A stretch of DNA of 63,255 nt, filler included, from Vannella sp. (lineage: Eukaryota), in NCBI GenBank assembly GCA_023345925.1. It is 6 parts of 6 records of this genome, joined end to end, with 100 filler letters (N's around TTAATTAATTAA, not from the genome) between each part and the next. Parts side by side here need not be neighbours in the genome. Positions count along the whole stretch, not along the records: positions 23,256 to 42,932 come from JAJQQN010001149.1; positions 43,033 to 47,244 come from JAJQQN010000077.1; 4 more parts are not named here. One strand, written 5' to 3'. A program made the translations under genes and the position numbers. How positions within the stretch are numbered: the first letter of the stretch is position 1; every line of letters starts with the position of its first letter. This document shows positions 36,055 to 47,344 of this stretch, piece by piece. The notes below the pieces were generated by a model. It was given only the letters and a program-made list of their open reading frames with translations, was not told where the DNA came from and did not search any database.

Positions 36055-36847
36055 CTAGAATCTTTTACTTTGAGGAAGAGCATCCAGGACAACTTGTGAG
36101 CCATTGATGATTCCCCGCCTTTTTTCAACAAAGGTGAACCCTCTTGGATACTTGTAGTTGCGACAGAACGACTCAGACTTCCCAAAAGAGCTCTACGTAG
36201 AGAGGAGACAAAACGTCTGATGTGAGGAGTTTATGAGAGACTTACATGATGAATGATAAAGAAGGGCTTGTGAGAGCTTGGACCAATTCGATACGGACGA
36301 AAGGGCCCGCAGCACATCGAATCATGCAGATTCCGTTCTTTCATCATTTCAATAACGAGGAAGTTCGAACAGACCCTGAAAAAGATGAAGATGTGGTCTA
36401 ACTTACAGACCTTTCTGCGAAGCTAAAGTTTGGTTGCATCAACAGAAAGTGACGTTATCAAGACAGTGCCGTTTGTGTCCTCAAACTCCCAAGGTTGCCT
36501 CCCTGTCAGGCGACTTGTCTAAAGGCAAATAGATATGGTAGAAAGAAACTGAACAACATTAATTGAAGACCAATGATCGCATTGGTATGATTAAGAAGAG
36601 AAAGCAAACTCTTTGCCGTTCAAAGAAAACTGATCTCTGAGCGATTCAACAAAGTAGACATCCAATTTTCCTTTGATGCCAACTTGTTTCTCTTTCAAAA
36701 GGCTTTTGACAGGCTGCCGTGGAAACTTATCAGTGGAGATATCACAGCGATGATAAATGCGTTTGGGAATTGGTTTGCCACAGTCACTGCTACGTCGAAC
36801 AGAGGCCCAGCAGTCCAACAGAAAACTTACCCATCTTGAGTGGTCAT
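36055..36847 (-). CDS. Possible multi-exon hypothetical gene
   Basis: Three GTAAGT donors; the last two exons join in frame (..KPFFIIHH|SSFGKSESFCRNYKYPRGF..); upstream exon structure unresolved. Confidence 0.3.
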
Positions 36848-37221
36848 TCAAGGGAGAAGAAATTTTTTTGGGGGACCCTTTAAATGGTCAGTTGGCAGGT
36901 AAGCACGAAGAACCTGTAAATAGGTGACTTCCGAGAGAGTTCACGGCCCCACTAAACCACGTCCGCTGGCCTTGGTTGAAAAGTGCCTCTAAACTCGATC
37001 GGGACCTTGACCAATGGACTTTTTATGTGTTTTAGTCGGGGTTCTTTTTGGGCTCATTGACCATACGTCCCCCCAAACGAGGGAAAAGTAAACCTCTTAA
37101 AAAAGGAAAAATCTTCAACAAGAGTTTTACTCAACCCATCTGCCACTGGCGAAATGAACAACGGGCGGTATGATTTGGGGCAAAACAGTGCGTTTTAGAA
37201 TCCAGAATTTATTGGGCCTTC

Positions 37222-40200
37222 ATGTATGCGGTCTACCACTCGGACGAGGAGGAAGAAGACATCACTGCTCCTGTTTCTCAGAATACCAAACGAGCATTGG
37301 TCTCTTCAAGGACGTCTTCCAACTTGGGCGTGACGAGCTACGTGGCTTACAAGAGCGACGAGGAGAATGCGTCAAGGACAGCTCCCACACCCCCCCATTC
37401 GCCTGTGGCTTCTGATACCGACGAGTTGGATGCTACTGAGATATCAGAAGAGGAAGAGGAAGACGATGAAGGTGAACCGGGCGGCGTCGAAGCTGAGGGC
37501 AACAACTACGTTTGCGCAAACTCTTCCGAGGACGACGAGGCGGAGGATTACCGCGACCCTGTTGCTGAACAGCACGCAAGGAACGAGTATTCTGTATATC
37601 TACCTTACACACCAGCTCAGGAAGACCTCACACCGAGTCCAGACGAAGCAGTGGGCTACGTTGTTGCGAGGGACGATGAACTCGAACAAACCGAGACCAA
37701 AAGCCGAAAGGTGGACTCGCTCCATCGCTCATTACAAGCAGTTAGAAGACGTGCTGCTTCTGAACAGAGTGCAGCCCCCAAAGAGTCTGCCAAACGAATG
37801 ACAAAGAAGGAGAGCCCGAAGAAGCGAACCTCACTCGACCGGAACGAGGCAACCCCAGAGCCAGCCATTGGGAAGACCCACAGCTGCTACTGGAACACTG
37901 AGTTCCAACGCGCATTGGACATGACGGAGGGAAGAGCGCAGTGGACCAAACTGGCAAAGCTGGCTCACGACTTTGTGTACTGCTCCAAGACATACGGGAA
38001 GATCATCATCTCTGAGTACTATCTCCCTAACGACCAGAAGACTATCAAGAGCATTGCAGCTGGTGGCCTTGCCGGAGGATCCAAATACGTCTGTTCTAAC
38101 ATCTTCTTCAAGTTCGCTCTTGACATAGACCTTACTGCAGAGGCTCGACAGAAGAAAGGCTTGACAGAGGCTGAGCTCCCTCCCATGTGGATGTATGGGG
38201 GTGATCACTGTGACGACTTCTCTGCCATGAAGGCTTCCAAGAACGATATGACGGGTCTCATGTCCTACTACAATGCCAAAGTCCCTGGCCTTTACTTCCC
38301 GCTCATGTCACTGATCAACTATCGAGGTTTCAGCCTGATCGCCATGTCTATTCTTCCCATTTCTGGAAAGTCCATTCGATACGGTTCTGCTGATGGAGGG
38401 AAAACGGTTCATCGAGATAACCCAGAAATCAATGCTCGGATGAAAACTGCGGCGGAGCAGCTCAACCTCAAAGGGCACCGCACGGGAACCGAGCGCGTGA
38501 CGATTTATGGTCCCGGAGATATTGAAGCCCATGAGGGTGCAGACAATAAGTTTTACGTTGTTGACTTTGGTCGCACATTCCCCCCTGAAGCTCCCAGCGA
38601 AAAGAATAGCCGAAAGATCTTCTACTGCCTTTTGAGACCAGAGTTTGTACGGATGTATCCCAAGCCGCTCTCCTCAGATGCATTCTCTCTCTGGGGCAAC
38701 TGTAATGCACAGATACATAATGGAGAGGTACGCGAGGCTACAGAATACCTGTATAGTATTGTCATCCCCAAGTTTGCTGAAGAACTAGGTCGGAAAGAGA
38801 AGTCTAATCTTCATGAAATTCGTTTGACTGAGGCTCTACATACCTCTGGTATCAATTGTCGACACCTAGGGAGGGTTCGTAGTGTCCTTCCAGCTGATTG
38901 TGAAGGCCTGTGTCGAATGTTACTCACAGAAATGCTGGCAAGACTCCTGTCGGGACTTTTACGACAGCTGCTGCGACTAGAAATGAAACGCACAAAGGTA
39001 GCAAGCCAAGAGCCATACAAAACTGCGGTCATTAACTTTCTCAATGTGCTGCTAGCACCCCCAACAAAGCAGAATCCGACCTTCCGTCGCAATAGATTGC
39101 TCTCCGCAACCCCTAAGCTCTCGAATGACCAATGGGGCCGCATCAGTGCAAACCTCGTTGAGGATCATCTGGCCGAAGCTTCTGTTGCGCTCAAATCAAC
39201 CAAACCAATGCAAGAAGTAGAAAGCTCAGATTACCTCAGAAATCCGTCTTTCTGGACACGAGACATTAAGGACTGGTTGGAATGCAAATTTACCTTGGCT
39301 CTGTTGCCTCACGAGAAGGACCTGACGCTGAGCATTCGTGATCGTATTGACATTCAACATTTGGCGGTTCGATTGTGCCAACAATCTGGTATCAAGCTTA
39401 GCAAACATGCAATAGCAGAGTTCCGTCGTCATCCTGATGACTTTCTAGTGCTCAACTCAGACCTCCGGCGAGTTTCTGCGCGTGTGAAGCATCTCAATGT
39501 TATTGATGAGGCCGAAGGCAACTTACTTTTCTTAGAGGCTTCGAGCCACTCGCACAGAGAGGGTCTTTGGGACGCTACCAACCGCAAGTTTGCTCGCGCT
39601 GTCTGCTCCAATACCAACAATCCTTCCACATTCGTACGGTGGGGACAGATTCTCTTGAAGCAGTGCAACCATTTCCGCTCCAAACCAGGGACAGTTGACG
39701 CTCAAAAGCTACTGGAAGACGCTTCTGAGAAATTCTATTCAGCGCTGAAGCTCAATCCTCGAATGCATGAAGCTCACTTCGAGCAAGGCACCCAATACGC
39801 GATGCAAGCTACTCTAGTGCAACTGAACAAGCCCGAGGATACCATTGCTTTATGCATGCATCAGATGAAGCAATCCCAACACCACTACTATCTGGCCTTT
39901 TCAGCAAATAGTGCCTACTTTCAGAAGCTCATTCTTCAAGTTGATGATTTGCTTATTCAAGCTCACAAGTCTACTGACATGCCAATACGCTGTGAGTCCC
40001 TTCTTAATGCTTTCTTCATGCTCCATTGTGCGATTTCTGTAGCTCCAATGGTGCCAGACTCTGATATCTTCTTGCTTGGAGGATTCATCTTGAAAGAGTA
40101 TTTGGTTGCAGGAGGAGGCGCAGGCATCGGAGACTGCCTTTATGGGATGGCTGGAGCTTACTTTGAGAGTGCTTATCTCAAAGCTCCGTCTATTTCTGAT

Positions 40201-42932
40201 GGCACACTCATTTACACCCACCAGAAGTCCATTCATCAGATCCAAAAACTTGGCACTCGGCCCAATTTCTCTTCTCCAAGTCGGTGGGATGATGCAGTGA
40301 TGATCTATCAAATAGATCCATCGGAAGGGGACCAACAAAGTCTATGCGCTATTCTGAAGACAGAAATCGTCCCCAACCTGCGACAAGACTTTCCTCTCTA
40401 CTTTTTCCCCGTTTTGTTTGAAGAGGAAATGCCTGATTATCATTATGCTCGCTCATTGAATCGTATTCTCCACCTCATGAGTACCACGAGCTCCTTAAGT
40501 GGTAATAAGTCAGAACCCCTTCCAATGATCAAATTCAGTAATACTGCAAGTACATTTGTACTGCAACACTCCCCTTTCCATGCGTGTAGCCTTGCCAGTA
40601 TTCATGTGAGCCTGCCAGTTGTAACTGAATCCATGAGAAACTTGAAGCTCCCATCGAAGATGAGCTTTTATGGTTCCAACACTCAGGACCAATCCTTATT
40701 TAGCCGTGAAAATCTTACAGCCTTCCTTGAAGACTTGAGCAAGGATCGAGCGGGGAGAACATCCAAAGAGATGAGATCTCGGCTTCGCTGGTTCCACATC
40801 GCGACCAGAAGTCTTCCTACTGACATCACTGAGCCTGTCACGATCGACATTGAACTTCCTCAATGCCGTGAGTTCCGCTATCTCATTGTTACCTTCTCTG
40901 CAGAAGGATTCCACAAGGAGTTGGCTCTGAGCCATCTTTCTTTCCGGGGATACCAGCACTATCTCTCTGAACTGCCTCGTACGATGGCCTCCAAAACTGA
41001 GCACAAGATCAATCAAAGGCCAAATCATAACCCCAATGCTTCCGCCACACAAAGCTCGGCTAGCCCCAGGAATCCTTTCACCACACCAACCTTAGAATGG
41101 GCTATTCGCAAGGATGAGCGGCTGTGCTTCGATGCAACGTGTCGTATAGCATCTCTTTCTCTTACAGATGTCGCAAGTGTATTGCCACTATCTATACTCA
41201 GCACTATTCCCATCTCCTTTGAAGCCTCGCCGCAGACCAAAGCTAAACCCATTCCCTTGACCCGACACCGAGCATCAATCGATCTTAAGGGTTCTGGTGG
41301 TTCAACTCAGATCAAAAGACACTCCGTGGGCAATTTGAACGCAGCAGGCTCAATTTGGACCCTCTGGATCGACGAAGACCATTCGAGCTACGAATCAGGA
41401 ACTCTGTGCCAGCTCGCACAAAAACGTGCACCAAACCTCGAGATTGTGAAGTTCAGTAGCATCCTCGACGCGCTGCAGTGGATGCACGAACAAGACCGCG
41501 CAGATTCTGATCGCCCTACCAACCCCGGAGTGAGCCATCCTGTTGAGCAGCTCTCCAGGCTAATTCAAAGGCGAATGTTCCGAGTGATTATCTCCAAGCA
41601 GTGCGATGGAGGGGAAGAAATGCTTCCAATAGAGGAGGAACTAGGAGCGTCTGACTCCTGGAGATTCATTCCCTTGCTTATTTTTGATAAGAAGGTGAAT
41701 CCTGAGGTTGGAACCAACCAAAGAATGAGTGTGGATAGGCCCATCTATGCTACAGATTGTGCCAGAACCGTAGCCCTCTTTGCATCCTTCCAAATGAGTT
41801 TATCTGATTTAGGAACAGCACCAACGATAGAAGGACCGCTTTTAAGGACAATGTCAGAGGCTGTTGGACCACACCGCGCCCACAGAAAGCTGGCACTTTC
41901 TGCATCTCAGAAGTCTTCTCGAAAGGCAGAATCACTCGGTACCAAGCGTTTCTTCTACTTTGAGATTCTCATTAAGAAGATGTCAGAGGCGTGCGTGGTG
42001 TCTGTTGGCCTTGCTCCCAAAGACTTCCCTCTGGAAGCTGCTCGCTTGGGATGCTCTCCCCATTCCTACGCCTTTCAGAATGATGGCACCCTTTGGTGTG
42101 GTTGGGCAGATAGATGCTGTCTCTTTATCAACCGAAAGTCTTACACCTTCAGCGAAGGAGACACAATTGGTTGCGGGTACGAGAGCCGGGCACAGCAGGT
42201 CTTCTGGACGAAGAATGGGAAGTATCTTGGCCATGCAGAAAGGAGCCATTCGAAGCTGCAAAGCCTCCAAATTCCCCTCTTCGCCTCTGTGTGTGCTTCC
42301 GGCCCCGTGGTAGTTGAGGGCAACTTTGGGAAGGATCCAGACTCTTTCCTGTTTGACACATCCACCCTATCTCGGGAGCAGACTCTTTCAGTAACCAGAG
42401 AGCTCATCAGCTCGATTCACCCGTACAGCGTCAACCTCTTCCATGATGCCCTTTACCACCATAACATGAATTTACTTGTCCTATCTGTGATTGCACAGTT
42501 TAGCAGGACGATGAAAGTCCTCCTCCGTGTCCACGTTGAGCACTGGCAAACCAACAAAGTGAATCGCCCTGTCCCTGTTGTTCATCTGTTTGATTCTCCA
42601 CCGATTGTCAAGTGCCTTCAAGTACCCCACAACTCTTATGCATCGATTGACTTGACTCAAATTGTCGCTAGGGCTAGCGACTTCCACTTAAGGTCACTAT
42701 GGGAGCTCATGCAACCTAACCGGCCCCTCATTCTCAGGATGGGAGATTGGAAGATCTCTGGCTCCGTATTCAGCTCCTTAAGCAATGCCACGACCATATC
42801 TTCACTTGATGTCAGCACGTGCGCTCTCCAAGAGCAAGCTGCCACCGCCATCGTCGAGAGCTTAGTCAATTTACACAGCATTACAGTTTGGGATGGGATC
42901 ACAGAGAAAGGAATCCTGACGCTCTGCGGGAT
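37222..42932 (+). CDS. Large Clu-domain protein with TPR-like, receiver-like, SPRY and LRR-like regions; 3' truncated
   Basis: Clu motifs GLAGGSKY..IFFKF, INYRGF, YGSADGGKTV, YVVDFGRTFPP, LLRPEFV, HTSGINCRHLG; SPRY YFEI..VSVGL..GDTIGCG..FWTKNG. Confidence 0.85.
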
Positions 42933-43032
42933 NNNNNNNNNNNNNNNNNNNNNNNNNNNNNNNNNNNNNNNNNNNNTTAATTAATTAANNNNNNNNNNNN
43001 NNNNNNNNNNNNNNNNNNNNNNNNNNNNNNNN
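42933..43032. other. Artificial contig linker
   Basis: N44-TTAATTAATTAA-N44. Confidence 0.97.
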
Positions 43033-43089
43033 CGTGGGGGCTCAGATATAGGTCTCTTTGGAGGCTCCACGAGCATTTCTTTCCAACAC

Positions 43090-45409
43090 ATGTACGCGTC
43101 GTGCCACCGACTGTCGCACTTCTTTGTGTTGTTCGTCATCGTCTCGTTGGCGACTCTCCCTTGTAGGTGACCTCTGTCAAGGGAAATTTTGTGATCCTAA
43201 TATCTTCTTAGCATGGTTCGCTAACGCGGATACTGTGACTGGAGACCTCCCCCTTCAAGTTAATCTTAAGCCTACTGGAGCTGCCACTGATGTGGGAACC
43301 ATTGAGCGAGAGGAAGAAGCCATGTCGACCGACGGATACAGTGTGGCTGAGAAGAAGCTGATTGAATCAGGAGCCAAGTACCAGTTCCAAGCTGAAGTGT
43401 CTCGTCTGATGTCTCTGATTGTCAACTCTCTTTACAGCAACCGCGACGTTTTCCTTCGTGAGCTTATCTCCAACGCCTCTGACGCTCTTGACAAGATCCG
43501 CTTCCACGCTCTCACTGACTCTTCTGTCCTTGACACCAAGCCAGAGCTTGAGATCCGTATTCGCGTTGACGAAGCCAACAACCTCCTTCACATCACCGAC
43601 AGCGGTGTTGGCATGACCAAGGAGGATATGATCAACAATCTTGGTACCATCGCCAAGTCTGGAACTAGCGAGTTCATTAACAAGGCCGAGAACTCTGCTG
43701 ACACTTCTTCCCTCATTGGACAGTTCGGTGTGGGCTTCTACTCTGCTTTCCTTGCTGCTGACCGCGTCACTGTCACCTCCAAGCACAATGATGACGTTCA
43801 GTACATCTGGTCATCGGACTCCAAGGGCGAGTTCGTTGTGGGAGAGGACCCTGAGGGCAACACCCTCGGCCGTGGTACTCGCATCACTCTTCACCTCAAG
43901 GAGGACGCCAGCCACTACATGCGCCAAGAGACCCTTCGCGATCTCGTTGCCAAGTACTCCGAGTTCATTAACTTCCCCATTTACTTGTACACCAGCCGCG
44001 TGGAAGATGTCGAGATCGAGCCTGAGATCGACGCTGACTTCGAAGAGACCGATGGTGAGGACTTCGACAAGGAGAACGAGGATGCCGTCAAGGAGACTGT
44101 CCAAGAGACCGTTTGGGAGTGGACTCTTCTTAACAACGTCAAGCCCCTCTGGACTCGTGACCCTTCTGAGATCACTGACGAGGAGTACATTGCCTTCTTC
44201 AAGAGCGCCCTTTCCAAGTCTGACAGCGCCGAGGATCCTTACAGCTGGGTTCACTTCAAGGCTGAGGGAGATATGGAGTTCAGTGCCATCCTTTACATGC
44301 CTCGCGAGGTGCCAGACAACATGTTCGACACTAACCGTGCTCACGACAACCGCGGAGTCCGCCTTTACGCTCGCCGAGTGTTCATCACTGACGAGTTTGA
44401 CACAATCATTCCCAAGTACCTTACTTTCATCAAGGGCATTGTTGATTCGAGCTCTCTGCCCCTCAATGTGTCCCGCGAGATCCTCCAACAAGACAAGTCC
44501 ATGAAGATGATGCAGAAGAAGCTCGTCCGCAAGGCCATCAGCATGATCCAGAAGCTGGCTCTTGATGACCCAGAGGCCTATTTGGACTTCTATGATGACT
44601 ATCGCATCAACTTGAAGCTTGGTGTGCTCGATGACCGTCCCAACCAGGATCGTTTGGCCAAACTGTTGCGCTTCCACAGCTCCAAGAGTGCTGGCGAGTA
44701 TGTGTCGCTAGACCAGTACATCGAGAACATGAAGGAAGGCCAGGATAAGATCTACTTCCTTGCTGGTGAGAGCAAGGGTCTCCTTGAGAGCTCTCCTCTT
44801 CTTGAGAAGCTTGTAGCCCAAGATTATGAGGTTCTCTTCTTCACTGACTCTATTGATGAGTATTGGTCTCAATCCTACAACACCTACGAGTCCCACAAGC
44901 TCATCAACATCGCCAAGGATATCGATCTTGACCTTGGTGAGGACAAGGAAGAGGCCAAGGTGGAGGAAGAGGAGTTCCAGCCCCTTTTGGACTTCTTCAA
45001 GAGCACTCTCAAGTCCAAGATTAGCAAGGCTGTCCTCTCCAAGCGCCTTACCACCACTCCCTCCGCGCTGATCTCCACTGCTTACAGTTACTCCGCCAAC
45101 ATGGAGCGCATTCAACGTGCCCAAGCTCTCTCTGGAGGCATGGATCCCTTCATGAGCTCCAAGAAGGTGTTGGAACTCAACCCCACACATCCTTTGGTTC
45201 AACAACTGAGAGACGTCATTGTCGAGAACCCCGACAGCCAAGTTGGCGCCGATATGGCTCAACTCCTCTTCGACACAGCCGCTCTCCACTCTGGCTTCGC
45301 CTTGGACGATCCTTCCCTCTTCGCCAAGAGCATCCATCGGATGATGGCTCGCGGGTTCCCCACAGAGGCCGCCGAAGAAGCCGAGTCTGCCTCCCACGAC
45401 GAACTTTAA
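43090..45409 (+). CDS. HSP90B1: Endoplasmin / GRP94 (ER Hsp90); signal peptide on a separate first exon
   Basis: FQAEV, FLRELISNASDALDKIR, IGQFGVGFYS, LPLNVSRE, C-terminal HDEL. Confidence 0.97.
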
Positions 45410-45448
45410 GTAAACTCATTCTCCATCCTGTCATGACCGAAACGAGGA

Positions 45449-45481
45449 GGGGAAATGTAGGGGAAATGTAAAGGAAATGCA
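45449..45481 (+). repeat. Three tandem 11-nt units (GGGGAAATGTA x2, AAGGAAATGCA) upstream of the RCC1-repeat gene
   Basis: Read directly from sequence. Confidence 0.7.
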
Positions 45482-45538
45482 GGATCGTTCACTTTTGTCC
45501 TTTTTAGGAAAGGGAGAAGACCTCTGGTTTCTCATTTC

Positions 45539-47244
45539 ATGGATCTTCTCTCTTGTGGCAAGTCTGGGAGTTCTCTACTAGCAGTTCCAGCTGTCCCTGA
45601 GGTATGGAAGGTTGTCACTCGCACTCGCACTTGCTAATCAACTGGTAGTTGAGGAGGAGGGCGTCTTTTGGGTCAGCACCATCGTCAGGGGAACTCGCCA
45701 TTGCCACAAAGTTAGCTGCGCCAGATGAGTCGAAGAACAAGATCATGAGGATGATGGGTCTTGAAAGTACGAAGGAACTCCTTCAGGCGGAGGAGGAAGC
45801 TGCGCGGAGTCAAGGCAGCCCTGTTGCGGCCCGCCAAGGGCGAACTGGCTTCACTCGAACGTTCCGGGGCTTTCTTCGAAAGGATGGAGAAGACTCAGAG
45901 AAGAAAGTGAAGGGAATCTACAACCGTAGCAGGGTTTCTACGGCTATCGAGGCGCTTTTGCTCTGTCCCCCTCCCCCAACCGAACCCAGCTCTTCTGGGA
46001 AGGGAAAGCCCAACATTCTTGACAACTTCAAGAGACAGCGTGCCTTGACTGCTTCAGTAGCTGATGTACGGGGTTCTCTCATCGCGAATGACTCAATGCA
46101 TTCCTCTGCTCCTGTCGGACTGGGCATCATGCACGCCGGCTTTGACCGCTGGTGGAGCCAAGCAGAGTTTTTGGGAGAGGTTCTCCAACGTGGCATCTTC
46201 TTCCATTCGTTCCCAGAGGTCATTGCCGAGTATCTGATTGCCTCATGCGACAACCCGGAAAGCCAAGCGTTGGCTCTTGGGTTCATCCAAAAGATCACCA
46301 ACACTTCGAACCTGGCAGCCTTAGGAGAGTTCACTCTTGTGAAGGTTTTTGAAGGAAACGGAGTGGCCAGCCTTTCAGCTGGCTCCAGCGCTTTTGGACT
46401 AGTTTCTGGACTCGGCGAAGTGAATTTACAAACAAGCAAACAGCTTTTCTCCAGCTGCACAGGATCAGAGGATCCTCAGCCGGCGGATTGGAATGGCACT
46501 GTGACGACTGAAAAGGTGTTGGGACGCCGAATCAAGCATATAGTTTGCGGCGTTTACCACTATGCAGCACTGACTGATTCCGAGGAATTGATTGCATGGG
46601 GCAGCAATTGTGCAGCAGGAACAGAAAGAGTGATGGGGCAACTCGGTCACAACGCTTCGAAGTTCAGTCCACCCGCTTTGATTTCCCAACTCTCTGGAAA
46701 GCCACTTATGGTTGGATGTGGATTGGCTCACACGGTCATTGTCACTACGGAAGGAATCTACACGTGTGGAGCGTTCGATTTGGGCCAACTTGGCCGAAAA
46801 ATCAGCGGACAAGCACCAAGCTGGAGTCTTCGAGAACCAGTTGTTGGTCTCAAGGATGATTTTGGGATCAATTATGCTATCGGATCAATTGCATGCGGGT
46901 ACAATCACACTCTTGTCAGCACTGAAAGTGGTCTTGTCTTCTCTTGGGGCTCAAATGACTCTGGACAGTTGGGACATTCACCTGCGGAGAAGATAGTCCG
47001 CAAGCCAGTTCAGATACCAGGATTGAGTGACGTCCTCTCAGTCGCCTGTGGAGCGTCTCATTCTGTGATTCTCACTGGGGCGGGCAAAGTTGGAACTTTT
47101 GGAAGTAACGTCTTTGGGGAGCTTGGAACTCCCTCCGAGTCCAACGAAATTGGGTTTCCTCTCATTGCAGGATTCATTGTGCGCATATCTGCTGGTGCTT
47201 ATTCCACGTGTGCTCTCACCAACCAGGGATTGGTGTTTGAATGG
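45539..47244 (+). CDS. RCC1-repeat protein, 3' truncated
   Basis: Repeats CGxxHT/HS...WGSNxxGQLG. Confidence 0.88.
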
Positions 47245-47344
47245 NNNNNNNNNNNNNNNNNNNNNNNNNNNNNNNNNNNNNNNNNNNNTTAATTAATTAA
47301 NNNNNNNNNNNNNNNNNNNNNNNNNNNNNNNNNNNNNNNNNNNN
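47245..47344. other. Artificial contig linker
   Basis: N44-TTAATTAATTAA-N44. Confidence 0.97.

Noticed and set aside
43367..45397. Long antisense ORFs opposite GRP94
   Set aside because: Expected shadow ORFs from the strong codon bias of a highly expressed gene; no independent motifs
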